A stretch of DNA of 55,308 nt. It comes from Candidatus Poseidoniales archaeon. Its GTDB lineage: Archaea > Thermoplasmatota > Poseidoniia > MGIII > CG-Epi1. The stretch is taken from the NCBI GenBank assembly GCA_045567955.1, contig JBJLBX010000033.1, positions 1-55,308 of the forward strand. Direction: 5' to 3'. Each line of letters begins with the position of its first letter. The stretch's first letter is position 1. The translations under genes and the position numbers were made by a program. This document shows, one piece after another, positions 1-10,231 of this stretch. Under the pieces are notes generated by a model. The model worked only from the letters and a program-made list of their open reading frames with translations, made no database searches and had not been told where the DNA came from.

Positions 1-286
1 GGATCAAATGATCACAATGAACTGTAGAAGGAACTGCAACCTCAGAACGACCTGTTAGTGCAAATTGAAGAAGTGCCATTTGTGCTGTAGCATCTTGCAT
101 TGCTACTCTATCTGGTTGAAGTTCAACGTATGACTTACCACGTTTTGGCACTTTATCCAAATTTATTAAATGTCCAAAAAGAATTTTCTCAGATAAAGTT
201 AGCGATCTTCCTAGATTTTGTCTAGCTATATCGTGCTTCTTCGCCATCTCAGCATATAACTTTTCTATTTGGGTTAAATCTAACAT
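1..286 (-). CDS. acnA: aconitate hydratase, N-terminal part (runs off window edge; not in ORF track)
   Basis: Manual translation from ATG at 286: [11 protein letters not shown]...[11 protein letters not shown]...[20 protein letters not shown]...[11 protein letters not shown], which are hallmark aconitase motifs. Confidence 0.92.
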   Translation of the reverse strand, partial: MLDLTQIEKLYAEMAKKHDIARQNLGRSLTLSEKILFGHLINLDKVPKRGKSYVELQPDRVAMQDATAQMALLQFALTGRSEVAVPSTVHCDHLI

Positions 287-311
287 TATTTTCTTAACCT
301 AGAACGATTAA

Positions 312-515
312 TTATAGTTTTTCTTCATCATCTTCAATTACTACTGCCATAGCCCAGAAAACAACTGCTAAAACCCAAAAAAGAAAGGAACATGGGAGCT
401 GTAATGAACGGCCTGAAGCTGGGACAATATACTCTTCATTACCCCATAAAATTACTCCACCTGCCACTACACAAGTTAATGCTAAAAAATAAGATAATAC
501 TTCACTAAAATCCAT
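312..515 (-). CDS. small membrane protein with two TM helices
   Basis: Two hydrophobic segments; probable ATG at 515 overlapping the upstream TAA (TAATG). Confidence 0.6.
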   Translation of the reverse strand: MDFSEVLSYFLALTCVVAGGVILWGNEEYIVPASGRSLQLPCSFLFWVLAVVFWAMAVVIEDDEEKL

Positions 516-1606
516 TACCAAGAATCCCAAACTGTCTTTTTTGCCATTTCCATTGAATAAAATGTATTATAGATAAGTGATTTTTTCCAACCACTTGGAT
601 TAATTTCCTCCCAATCTACTTCATCTCCTTCCTTAACCTTCCTCATACCATACTCAAAAGCTCGGTTTCCTAACATAGCAAAAATTCCTCTGCGAGCTAT
701 ATCTGCTTTTTTCCTTTCTCTAAATTGTTCTTTCCACAATTTATCATAATCTAAAGAATTTGAAAGTGCCCTCTGAGCCAAGACTCCGGATTCTATAGCA
801 TAATTCATTCCAAAACCTCTCCATGGATCCTGGAATCCTGCAGCTTCTCCTGTATAGTAAACACCATCTTTTACAGCTGTTTTAGGAAAGTGAACGCCAC
901 CCTGGCCACCTACAGTTCCCGTTGGTTTAGCTCCATCAATAATATTCTTCAGAACGGGTCTTTCTTCTACTGCTTTATACATCAATTTTTTTACTTGTTT
1001 AGCATAAGGCTTTGAACAACAATTCATAACTTTTATAGTATCTTTATCCATTGGAATTATATAGAGATACCAACCACGTGGAGAATATTTTTCATCGTGC
1101 ATATATAAAAATTGATCTCTAGGAAAATCTGAATTCTCATAATATGCTCCAAATGCAGCCATATCTGTTCGGTATGAACCTGAAGACATTATGTCGCCAG
1201 GACTTGATTTAGGTCTAGACTTAAAATTGAATTCGACTCCTAAATCTTTAGCTTCATCTGCTAAACCTCTCTCCAAAGAATTTTCACCACCTCTAAGTAT
1301 GAGGGGCAACGGTTCCTTGAGTGATATTGTAAAATCTCTTTTTTGAGTACAACATACGAATTTTTTAGCATCTTTGAATGTAAACTTAGGATTGAGTCCC
1401 CACCTTTTCAGATATGATGTTGCATCAGCTTCTGAAGAAGGAGTAGTAGGGCTTTCTTTCAATAAAACTTGATAATTGGGATGGAATTGCATCCCTATGT
1501 CTTCTCGAGCTTCGTGTATTTCTACCTTTTCATCATTCTTCGCAAAATTAATGGCTGCAGCTAATCCTGAAAGTCCACCACCTATTATTTTACGCTTATT
1601 TTTCAT
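515..1606 (-). CDS. FAD-dependent oxidoreductase, geranylgeranyl reductase-like family
   Basis: N-terminal IIGGGLSGLAAA Rossmann motif; GEAAGFQDPWRGFGMNYAIESG flavin motif. Confidence 0.8.
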   Translation of the reverse strand: MKNKRKIIGGGLSGLAAAINFAKNDEKVEIHEAREDIGMQFHPNYQVLLKESPTTPSSEADATSYLKRWGLNPKFTFKDAKKFVCCTQKRDFTISLKEPLPLILRGGENSLERGLADEAKDLGVEFNFKSRPKSSPGDIMSSGSYRTDMAAFGAYYENSDFPRDQFLYMHDEKYSPRGWYLYIIPMDKDTIKVMNCCSKPYAKQVKKLMYKAVEERPVLKNIIDGAKPTGTVGGQGGVHFPKTAVKDGVYYTGEAAGFQDPWRGFGMNYAIESGVLAQRALSNSLDYDKLWKEQFRERKKADIARRGIFAMLGNRAFEYGMRKVKEGDEVDWEEINPSGWKKSLIYNTFYSMEMAKKTVWDSW

Positions 1607-1680
1607 TGATTTTACTCGACTTATGTGTTATTACACCATTTCATTTAACTGCAAATAGAATAGGTCTTAAAGTTCTATTG

Positions 1681-2517
1681 TCAAAATAACCTTTGTTTTT
1701 TTGAAGCTGCTTCAACCACATTAGACATTAGCATAACTACAGTCATAGGTCCTACACCACCAGGAACTGGAGTCAATGCGCCAGCAACATCTCTAACATC
1801 AAAAGAGGTATCTCCTACTAATCCTTCGTCAGTGCGATTAACTCCAACATCAATTACTACGGCTCCTGGCTTAACCATGTCCTTTGTAACTGTATCTGGA
1901 TAACCTACGGCTACAATCAGAATATCAGCTTCCTTACAAAATTTATGAATGTCTGGTGTTCGGCTGTGACAAACTGTAACTGTTGCATCCATTCCTTTCT
2001 GGAGTAATAAAAGAGATATTGGCTTTCCAACAATCGTACTACGGCCAACAACCACTACATTCTTTCCACTTGGGTCATTTCCTGTACGAGATAATAGTTC
2101 AATAATTCCTGCTGGAGTACATGGTTTCATACCTGAACTTTCTTGTACTATTTTACCCAAATTAATAGGATGGAAGCCATCTACATCATTTTCAGGTTCT
2201 ATTAAATCCAAAACACTTTCATAATCTGTCGGTAAAGGAAGTTGAACAATTATTCCATCTTCTGTTTTATTCAATTTATTTACTAAATTTTCTAATTCTT
2301 TCTTAGATATATCTGAAGAAAGATGATGGTGAGTTAAAGTAATTCCAATACGCTCAGCTGCATTTGCTTTAGCACGAATATAAGATGTAGAAGCTGGATC
2401 TTCACCAACTTGAACAACTGATAATTTTGGAGGTATAGGCATTTGAGCTACCTTCTTTTGTAACTCATCCTCTATTTCTTTTGCAACTTTCTTCCCATCA
2501 ATTAATTTAGCAGTCAA
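1681..2517 (-). CDS. folD: bifunctional methylenetetrahydrofolate dehydrogenase/cyclohydrolase
   Basis: IDGKKVA, DGIIVQLPLP, DVDGFHP, PCTPAG, VGRSTIVGKP, TPVPGGVGPMT. Confidence 0.97.
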   Translation of the reverse strand: MTAKLIDGKKVAKEIEDELQKKVAQMPIPPKLSVVQVGEDPASTSYIRAKANAAERIGITLTHHHLSSDISKKELENLVNKLNKTEDGIIVQLPLPTDYESVLDLIEPENDVDGFHPINLGKIVQESSGMKPCTPAGIIELLSRTGNDPSGKNVVVVGRSTIVGKPISLLLLQKGMDATVTVCHSRTPDIHKFCKEADILIVAVGYPDTVTKDMVKPGAVVIDVGVNRTDEGLVGDTSFDVRDVAGALTPVPGGVGPMTVVMLMSNVVEAASKKQRLF

Positions 2518-2951
2518 TCTAAATCCTCCAATTGATAAAGTTCGACGTCAATGCGAGGACCATCTCCTTGTGCTGCAATTCTTTTTCGAACTATTAACTC
2601 AGAAATTTGCCCATCATCATGGTACAAGACTCCACTAAGGCCATCTTTGATTGATTTAGCTATATTATCGGCATCTGGTCTTTTCGAATGGTGCTCTTCT
2701 TTTCTTGGTACTTTAACCCGCCATTTGCTCTTAGGACAAGGAAAGTATGCAAATATTTCCATACCTAATGGCCCTTCGAATAGACCTTCAATACCTGCCT
2801 TAGTTCGTGCTTTTTGCCCAATATAAGCTATATCTGCCTTGTAAACTTTACTAGGTTTTGGATCTGTAGCAACAACAAAATTACCTTTCCGATAAAATCT
2901 AGGACGGCCTTGAGCAACGGGCTTTCCAGGTAATGTAAATTTGATACGCAC
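2514..2951 (-). CDS. rusA: RusA family Holliday junction endodeoxyribonuclease
   Basis: PGKPVAQGRPRF N-terminus; RPDADNIAKSIKDGL...DDGQI catalytic Asp/Lys motif. Confidence 0.9.
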   Translation of the reverse strand: MRIKFTLPGKPVAQGRPRFYRKGNFVVATDPKPSKVYKADIAYIGQKARTKAGIEGLFEGPLGMEIFAYFPCPKSKWRVKVPRKEEHHSKRPDADNIAKSIKDGLSGVLYHDDGQISELIVRKRIAAQGDGPRIDVELYQLEDLD

Positions 2952-3028
2952 AATAACCCATACGGGGGGGACAAAAAACGTGCTTGTCCAACATATTATT
3001 TTAATTAGGTGCTTACCGGCAGGATATT

Positions 3029-4789
3029 ATGCGTGTCGCTGTCCTCCATGAAGACAGATGCCAACCAAAAAAGTGTCAGAATGAATGTTATAATTTCTGC
3101 CCACCTGTTAGAAATGGGATTGAAGTTATAACTTGGAGAAAAGACAACAAACCTGTTGTTTCTGAACCTTTGTGTATTGGTTGTGGCATATGTGTGCACA
3201 AATGTCCACACGATGCATTAACTATAGTTAATTTGCCTGATGAACAGGAAAAAGATACAGTTCATAGATACGGAATGAATGAATTCCGCTTATTTGGACT
3301 CCCAGCTCCTGAACAAGGAAAAGTCATTGGAATACTAGGTGCAAATGGAACTGGGAAAACAACCGCAATTTCACTTTTAGCTGGAGAAATAATTCCTAAT
3401 CTTGGTGATTGGGAAGATGAAGGTTCCTGGGATGATGTAAAAGATTTTTATTCGGGAACTGATATTCAAAAGCACTTCACCAAATTATCTGATGGGAATA
3501 TTAGTATTGCTCTAAAGCCACAATATGTTGATAGAATACCTCAAATGTTTGATGGAACTTTAAGAGAACTGTTAGAAAGAGTCGCATCACCAGAAAAAGT
3601 TGAAAAATTTGCAACTAAGATTAATTTAACTAGTTTGGATAAAAAATTGACTAAAGTTTCAGGAGGGGAATTACAAAAAGGAGCAATTGCAGCTACAATT
3701 CTCAAAGAAGCAGATCTTTATTTCTTTGACGAACCCTCTTCATATCTTGATATCGAACAAAGAATTTTTATTGCTAGAATGATTTCTGAATTAGGAGAAA
3801 CAAAAAGTGTTATTGTAATTGAACATGACTTAGCTATTTTGGATTATGTAACTGACAATATACATATCATGTACGGAAGTCCAAATGCATATGGAATTGT
3901 TTCACAGAAACTAGCTGTAAGAAATGCAATTAACACTTATTTGGATGGATATATTCAAGAATCAAATGTAAGAATTAGAGATAATGCAATCAAATTTCTA
4001 AAACATCCTCCTAGAACTGGATGGGATGGTCAGGTATTAGTCAAATGGCCTGATCTTTCAAAACAATTAGGTGATTTCAAATTAGAGGCTTCGGCTGGTG
4101 AAATATTGGGTGGACAGGTGTTGGGAGTTGTTGGTGGAAATGCCACTGGAAAAACAACATTTGTAAAAATGCTAGCTAATGAATTAGAACCAGATGCAGG
4201 TGAAATTGAAAGTGATATTACTGTTTCCTATAAACCTCAATACATTAATGCAACTGAAGGTATTGTTGTAGGTGATTTATTACAATCTGTAAAGGGTTTT
4301 GACGAACACATGCTTGCTACGGAACTCAATGTACCTCTTAATCTAGAACCGTTAATGGATCGTGAATTACAGACACTATCAGGTGGAGAATTGCAACGCG
4401 TAGCTATTGCTGAGTGCTTATTGAAGGAAGCTGATCTTTATTTGCTAGATGAACCTTCAGCCTATCTTGATGCAAATCAAAGAATGATTACTGCAAAGAC
4501 AATCAGACGTTCAATGGAACAAAGAGGAAAATCAGCTCTAGTCGTTGATCATGATGTTTATTTTATTGATTATATCTCAGATGGATTATTATGTTTTGAT
4601 GGAATTCCAAGCAAAGAAGGAAAGGCAGAAGGCCCATACAATATGCGTCAAGGGATGAACACCTTCTTAGGTAAAGTAGGTATTACTTTTAGAAGAGACA
4701 AAAATACATACAGACCAAGAATAAATAAACCAGGTTCAAGACTTGATAGAGAACAAAAAAGTAAGAAAGAATTTTACTATTCTAGTTGA
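3029..4789 (+). CDS. rli: ribosome recycling ATPase ABCE1 (RLI)
   Basis: N-terminal two-FeS-cluster domain (CQPKKC..C..FCP; CIGCGICVHKCP), two ABC domains, C-terminal RPRINKPGSRLDREQK. Confidence 0.97.
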   Translation: MRVAVLHEDRCQPKKCQNECYNFCPPVRNGIEVITWRKDNKPVVSEPLCIGCGICVHKCPHDALTIVNLPDEQEKDTVHRYGMNEFRLFGLPAPEQGKVIGILGANGTGKTTAISLLAGEIIPNLGDWEDEGSWDDVKDFYSGTDIQKHFTKLSDGNISIALKPQYVDRIPQMFDGTLRELLERVASPEKVEKFATKINLTSLDKKLTKVSGGELQKGAIAATILKEADLYFFDEPSSYLDIEQRIFIARMISELGETKSVIVIEHDLAILDYVTDNIHIMYGSPNAYGIVSQKLAVRNAINTYLDGYIQESNVRIRDNAIKFLKHPPRTGWDGQVLVKWPDLSKQLGDFKLEASAGEILGGQVLGVVGGNATGKTTFVKMLANELEPDAGEIESDITVSYKPQYINATEGIVVGDLLQSVKGFDEHMLATELNVPLNLEPLMDRELQTLSGGELQRVAIAECLLKEADLYLLDEPSAYLDANQRMITAKTIRRSMEQRGKSALVVDHDVYFIDYISDGLLCFDGIPSKEGKAEGPYNMRQGMNTFLGKVGITFRRDKNTYRPRINKPGSRLDREQKSKKEFYYSS

Positions 4790-4824
4790 TGATTAAATTT
4801 ATTTCAGGGTCTCGATAGGCATCC

Positions 4825-7443
4825 GTGTTACAAAGGCCCTTAGAGTACCTTGTTCGAGGATATACGAACATAATCATGAAGTATGCTGTACTCACAATTA
4901 GTGTTCTAAGTCTGATTACAATATTACTGTTGCAATCTGCAATGACTTTTGAACAAAATATGACGAGAGATATTGAGGTTTATCTTCCTGAAGGTGAAGA
5001 ATCTACTAAGATATTAATTGAAGTTAGAGAAGATTGGGCTACAGATTTAATTATAGTCTATGTACAAACACCAAATGCTGAAAATCCAGAATTTTATAAA
5101 GAAGAAGAATATAATATAACTAATGTTGCAACATTAAAAGAAATCTCACTTTTAGAACAAAATATTGATCCTTATGGTCAAACTACAGATTTAGAGAAGT
5201 ATCAAGCAGACAGAGGTGAAAAAGATGATATAATTTTTACACTCAGTATTTCTACACTTATTAAGGAATTTAATTCTACTAATGCAAGGTTTATTGAAGC
5301 GTCGGAAGGGAAGATATTTGGTGGACTTAGCATAGAAGAAAATGATGATGATACTGTTAATCAAACAGGAACTTATGCTATACCTGATGATCAAGAAAGG
5401 GTAGACCAGATATTTGACAGTACAGCATCTACATTACAAAATTTTGCCATAGACACAAATAATGATGGAATTATTGATACAGCTGTAATACTTTTTGCAT
5501 TGAAAGCTTCAGAAGAAAATAATGATGATATTCAAAAGGCAAAAATTGAACAAATACAGGAATTTATTGATTTACGTACTAATCCAAAAACGAATATGAC
5601 ACAAACTGGACTAGTTGTAGTATTGCATGAAGTTACAGAACGCCTGTATGAAGATTTACTAACAATGTTACCTATGTCCTTAGGAATAGTATTATCACTA
5701 ATGATTCTATTTCATAGAAATTGGTTAGCAATACCTGTTGTATTGGTACCAATCTTTTGCTCTTTAATATGGACTTTAGGAATTGTAAACCTTTCAGGAA
5801 TTGTGCTAACGCCTATGATTGTAGCTGCAGGCCCGATTTTAGTTGGAATTGGCGTAGATTATGGACTCCATATTGCGAATCGAATTGTAGAATTTAAAGA
5901 CGAAGGAAAGAAAATGCCTAAAGCAACTTATTTGGCATTAATGAGTACTGGAAAAGCAACTCTTCTTTGTGCTTTAACTGATTCTATCGGTTTTTCAGCA
6001 TTATTTATTTCACCAATAGTACCAATGAGAACTGTTGGCTTCACTATGATTGTAGGTGTCATTTGCTCTTTTTTCTTGACTGTGAGCATGACTCCTGCAA
6101 TAATGAGATTAACCAACTATTCAAGGTATAAGAGTGATGGGTGGAAGAAAATTGCTATTTTTTCGACGAAACAGTGGAAAGCAATTTTGGTTGTAGTTTT
6201 ACTAACTACTGCATACTCTATTGCAAGAATTTCAGTAATGGATCAAGATATGAAAGGTAATGAATCAGCTCCAGATGATGTTGATTCTATTCAAAAATTA
6301 AAAGAATACTCTGAAGAATTTGAAGCTGGACAGACTGGAATTTTACTTATCAATAATCAAACTGAAAGAGAAAAACCAGCTGCTAAAGATTTAGATGTGC
6401 TTGATGTAATGAATTGGACGCAGGGAGAAATAAATAATCTGTCGGTTGAAAATAGAAATACTAATGAAATAATCAATGTATCTGCTTTTTCAATAGTTGA
6501 TTTCTTTAAATCCGCACACTTTACAATAGTAATAGAAGATCTAGATGGAGAAGCTCTATACGAATTTGATGGTAGCTTCTGGGATTTTCTTCACAGTGAT
6601 TTCTTTGGTGATGATTATGCCATAATTGATCTAAATCCATTGTATAATCGAGAACAATTACGTTCTGATATGATTGATGTATTCTATGAATCATTTACTG
6701 ATGAAATGCGTGCTATGCTTCTAACTGATGAGTATGATAAAGCTCTGATTTATGTTAGTATGCCATATATCAATATAGATGATACTACTATTTTAGTAAA
6801 CGAAATTGACCAGATCTCTGGAATAAGAAATAAGCAAATGTCATTCTATGATGCTCAAATGTCTACACTTACTGGAGGTCCGCCAGTAACAATTGCAATT
6901 AATGAAGGTATTCAGGAAACGCAATTTGATACCATCAAGTTAAGCTTACTTTTAGTTTTAATATGTATGATAATAATTTTCTGGTCTCCAAAGTATGGTT
7001 TTATAACCTTTTTACCTATTTTACTTGTAATATTGTGGTACCCTGCAACTGTAGATGCTGGGGGAACTAATCTAAATATTTTCACTGCAATGGTAGGAAC
7101 TATTATCATAGGGATAGGAATTGATAATTCTATTCAAATAACTGAAAGAGTAAGAGAAGAAGGCGCTACACCTGAAGGTATCGAAAAAGCAGTTGAAAAC
7201 ACAGGCCAATCTGTTGTAGAAGCTACATTTACTACTATGGGAGGTGTATTTTCAGGTGTTTTAATTTCATTTTATAGAACTCAATTTGTTGGTTTAAGAA
7301 ACTTCTTTGCATTAATTATCACACTAGTTCTTTTTTCTCTGTTAATGGCTGTTTTTGCATTGCCTAGCTTTTATCATGCATTACATTATATTCAAAATAA
7401 ATATGCTAAAAGTAATTGGAGAATTAAAACAAAATTCAATTAG
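4825..7443 (+). CDS. RND/MMPL family transporter
   Basis: Duplicated architecture with GIGVDYGLH and GIGIDNSIQ motifs, large extracytoplasmic loops and about 12 TM helices. Confidence 0.88.
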   Translation: MLQRPLEYLVRGYTNIIMKYAVLTISVLSLITILLLQSAMTFEQNMTRDIEVYLPEGEESTKILIEVREDWATDLIIVYVQTPNAENPEFYKEEEYNITNVATLKEISLLEQNIDPYGQTTDLEKYQADRGEKDDIIFTLSISTLIKEFNSTNARFIEASEGKIFGGLSIEENDDDTVNQTGTYAIPDDQERVDQIFDSTASTLQNFAIDTNNDGIIDTAVILFALKASEENNDDIQKAKIEQIQEFIDLRTNPKTNMTQTGLVVVLHEVTERLYEDLLTMLPMSLGIVLSLMILFHRNWLAIPVVLVPIFCSLIWTLGIVNLSGIVLTPMIVAAGPILVGIGVDYGLHIANRIVEFKDEGKKMPKATYLALMSTGKATLLCALTDSIGFSALFISPIVPMRTVGFTMIVGVICSFFLTVSMTPAIMRLTNYSRYKSDGWKKIAIFSTKQWKAILVVVLLTTAYSIARISVMDQDMKGNESAPDDVDSIQKLKEYSEEFEAGQTGILLINNQTEREKPAAKDLDVLDVMNWTQGEINNLSVENRNTNEIINVSAFSIVDFFKSAHFTIVIEDLDGEALYEFDGSFWDFLHSDFFGDDYAIIDLNPLYNREQLRSDMIDVFYESFTDEMRAMLLTDEYDKALIYVSMPYINIDDTTILVNEIDQISGIRNKQMSFYDAQMSTLTGGPPVTIAINEGIQETQFDTIKLSLLLVLICMIIIFWSPKYGFITFLPILLVILWYPATVDAGGTNLNIFTAMVGTIIIGIGIDNSIQITERVREEGATPEGIEKAVENTGQSVVEATFTTMGGVFSGVLISFYRTQFVGLRNFFALIITLVLFSLLMAVFALPSFYHALHYIQNKYAKSNWRIKTKFN

Positions 7444-7840
7444 ATAGCATCTCATTTACTGCTAAAACTGAATTCTTAGCATAAGGCAACAGTCTCTCTT
7501 CAATATTTTCAGGCTTAGCACCAGGCCCTATTATTCCAAAACCAATTGGTTTCATAGAAGCAAGTTGTAAATCAATTAATGAACGAATCACAGCTTGGCC
7601 CATAACCAGACCATGCTCTGTTTCTCCTTTTTCTATTATACCTAAAACAACAGCTCCATCTATTGATTCTCTAAGAAACAAGCGTTTAATCTGTAATGGC
7701 ATCTCCATAGAGCCTGGAACCCATTTAACTTCTTCAACAGTCAAACCATTATCTAAAGCTACACTACGAGCTTCTTCAACCATCTTTACAACATGATTCT
7801 TATGATAACTACCTGCAATAATTGCTATAGATTTAGCCAT
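7436..7840 (-). CDS. ribH: 6,7-dimethyl-8-ribityllumazine synthase
   Basis: VPGSMEMP, GAVVLGIIEKGETEH, KPIGFGIIGPG. Confidence 0.92.
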   Translation of the reverse strand: MAKSIAIIAGSYHKNHVVKMVEEARSVALDNGLTVEEVKWVPGSMEMPLQIKRLFLRESIDGAVVLGIIEKGETEHGLVMGQAVIRSLIDLQLASMKPIGFGIIGPGAKPENIEERLLPYAKNSVLAVNEMLSN

Positions 7841-8450
7841 TTATAGACTCCTTATCCATCTCAATAATTGTATCTACTGTATTTCGTGTTTGAGTTTCAA
7901 TCTCAATATTAATTGAATCGCCTACCAATTTATGCATTAAATTTGTTAATCTTAAAGTTTCAGGAATTAAATAAACGGTAAAAGTATTTTCATTTACTTC
8001 CCCTATTGTCAAACTGATTCCATTAAGTGAAATATAGCCTTTAGGAAAAATATATTTTTGTAAATCAGGATTAAAGCTTAATGTTAAAATATAATTATTT
8101 TCAGGTTCAGTTATCTCAATTATAGTTGCAGTATCAAAAACATGGCCTGAGATAATATGACCTCCAATTTCATCTCCCAACTTCAGTGATCTTTCAATAT
8201 TTACTATGGATTTCTCTTCAATTTTGCCAAAAGTCGTAACTTTCAAAGTTTCCATTATCAAATCGAATTCTAAACTATCTTGATTTATTTCAGTTACAGT
8301 CAAACAAACACCGTCAACACAAACACTGGCGCCTACTTGAATTCCTTTACTAAAATTAGAAGGAGTTTTAACTATTATTGTAGTTAAGTTTTCTTTTAGA
8401 GTGATTTTAGAAATAATCCCAGTACCTTCTACTATTCCTGTAAAAACCAT
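7833..8450 (-). CDS. ribE: riboflavin synthase, bacterial/eukaryotic (alpha-chain) type
   Basis: FTGIVEG N-terminal motif, GASVCVDGVCLTV, GGHIISGHV, GYISLNGISLT, LIPETL. Confidence 0.95.
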   Translation of the reverse strand: MVFTGIVEGTGIISKITLKENLTTIIVKTPSNFSKGIQVGASVCVDGVCLTVTEINQDSLEFDLIMETLKVTTFGKIEEKSIVNIERSLKLGDEIGGHIISGHVFDTATIIEITEPENNYILTLSFNPDLQKYIFPKGYISLNGISLTIGEVNENTFTVYLIPETLRLTNLMHKLVGDSINIEIETQTRNTVDTIIEMDKESING

Positions 8451-8456
8451 CTTACC

Positions 8457-8903
8457 TCATTCTTTAACATATTTATTCCTATGGATTTTTAGTATCTTTG
8501 AGATTATTTTGCGAGATCCTGCTAAATCCTGCTCCATTTCAGGTAATCTGACTACTTTTACTTTGATACCACGTTCAAGTAACTTCTCTTCTAATTCTAA
8601 TCGTGTAAATAATCTCTGATCATAACCAAGTGCAATCACATTTGGTTTAATTTCATCTACAATTATGTCCAACATATCTCCAGTTCGTCCAATTACAACG
8701 CCATCGACTGGTTTAATATGAGAAACTACTTCAGCACGCATTTCATCTGATAATATTGGTTCACCTTTCATTTTACGAACTGTATCATCATTGGCAACTA
8801 TTACTATCAATTCATCTCCATGTTCTTTAGCTGCATTCAAAAAATGTGCATGTCCAGAATGGATTATATCAAAAACACCTGTTGCTACGACTTTCATTGA
8901 CAC
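8457..8903 (-). CDS. ribL: archaeal FAD synthase
   Basis: ATGVFDIIHSGH (HxGH cytidylyltransferase), IALGYDQ; rib operon context. Confidence 0.88.
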   Translation of the reverse strand: MSMKVVATGVFDIIHSGHAHFLNAAKEHGDELIVIVANDDTVRKMKGEPILSDEMRAEVVSHIKPVDGVVIGRTGDMLDIIVDEIKPNVIALGYDQRLFTRLELEEKLLERGIKVKVVRLPEMEQDLAGSRKIISKILKIHRNKYVKE

Positions 8904-9589
8904 GCATCCACTATTTGTTGACCCTCTAAAAACAGATATCCCTCACTTTGAGCCCATCTTTTAGCTTCACTTGGTGATAAAGAAGTCCCATCATCTGAAA
9001 CCATCTCACACCCTAATGCTATTGGATTCATATCTATTAAATTGAATAAAGCAATAATTAATTCCGTATGCCCTTGCCGAGAATTAAGAAGATTGGAATC
9101 GGCTATACAAACTGGAACATGACCCGGAATACGGAAATTTTGAGAAAGGATATCTTGGCCATTTAATGTTTTAGAATTGGTCACGTCTTCAAATATTTGT
9201 GCAAAAGTTTTAGCAGTTAATGCTCTGTCATTATCGCTAATTCCTGTAAATGTATCTTTATGATTTAAGAAAACTGAAAAAGATGAACGTTTATCATATG
9301 GAAGTACATGACTAAGCATAGTTTTCAGTATCTCAAATTTAGTGCCATTTTTACTTGCTTCTTCATAAATATCTTGAGCAAAGGGCAATCCTAATTCAGT
9401 AGAAACTCTATTTTCAGCAGCTAAGAAAATCATACCACCTCCGTTTTTTCTAAGAAAACTAATACTAGAGTGTGTAACATATTTAGCTGAAAAGAAAATA
9501 TCCGTTTCTCCTTCTCTATTGGCTTCATCGAAGACTAAAATAGGTTTTCCTTCTCTCAAAATCTTAGTAACCTTCTTTACGTTTATCAT
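8894..9589 (-). CDS. ribB: 3,4-dihydroxy-2-butanone-4-phosphate synthase
   Basis: DEANREGETD, TFTGISDNDRALT, FRIPGHV, RQGHTE; archaeal-type PYDKRSSFS insertion. Confidence 0.93.
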   Translation of the reverse strand: MINVKKVTKILREGKPILVFDEANREGETDIFFSAKYVTHSSISFLRKNGGGMIFLAAENRVSTELGLPFAQDIYEEASKNGTKFEILKTMLSHVLPYDKRSSFSVFLNHKDTFTGISDNDRALTAKTFAQIFEDVTNSKTLNGQDILSQNFRIPGHVPVCIADSNLLNSRQGHTELIIALFNLIDMNPIALGCEMVSDDGTSLSPSEAKRWAQSEGYLFLEGQQIVDACQ

Positions 9590-9607
9590 ACTCTCTACCT
9601 CTATTTC

Positions 9608-9643
9608 TTAGTTCCTTGTTTTGTTTGATTTTAAGTCTACCAT
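9608..9643 (-). other. short upstream ORF (MVDLKSNKTRN) ahead of ribB
   Basis: ATG 9643 to TAA 9608, in frame with ribB, followed by SD GAGGT; TTTATG box about 21-26 nt upstream. Confidence 0.3.
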
Positions 9644-9676
9644 TAAATAATTGCGTAGATACTCATAAATGAGTAA

Positions 9677-10231
9677 TCAGTCTAAATCGTAAGCTATCCA
9701 ATCAATATGTGCGCTAGATTGGGCCTTTAAACTAACATATCTAGTACAGGATAAGTCACCAGAATTAAGCCTAACTATCATTAATGATCCAAAATCTCTA
9801 TTGCAAACTAAAGGATCTTGATCTGGTGATGTATATAGATCATAACCACCCCATTCATGTCTCCATTTTTTCGTAAGATCATATACTACCAATAATCGAT
9901 CAGACTCTGATTCATCCATATGCAATAATGAATAATCTCCCGGAGAATAAGAAATATGTTTGGAGTTTCTAAATTTTGGTTTGAGGCCAGTTGCCTTGCA
10001 TAAGAAATCATTAAAAACAGAAGATGTCCAAAAATCGTCTAGTAAAGCATCTCCGATTTTACGATTATAATAACCTATTTTTTCTTCTGAATTTAATTTA
10101 GGATTAATCTTTTTTGGCGCTTCATCGAGGAATTTAGATAACCGAATAAAAGGTATCTCTGCTGAATTGAAAATTCTATTCAAATTAGAAAGTGTTGCAT
10201 CCTCTAAATAATAAAAATTTATCTCAGCGAT
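9677..10231 (-). CDS. Tpa1/OGFOD1 C-terminal-domain-like double-stranded beta-helix protein (probable ATC start)
   Basis: PGDYSLLH, W..EWGGYDLY, RYVSLKA resemble the Ofd1/Tpa1 C-terminal domain; frame stays open upstream of TTG 10183 (INFYYLEDATL) to ATC 10231 with GGGGTG 5 nt upstream. Confidence 0.65.
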   Translation of the reverse strand: MAEINFYYLEDATLSNLNRIFNSAEIPFIRLSKFLDEAPKKINPKLNSEEKIGYYNRKIGDALLDDFWTSSVFNDFLCKATGLKPKFRNSKHISYSPGDYSLLHMDESESDRLLVVYDLTKKWRHEWGGYDLYTSPDQDPLVCNRDFGSLMIVRLNSGDLSCTRYVSLKAQSSAHIDWIAYDLD

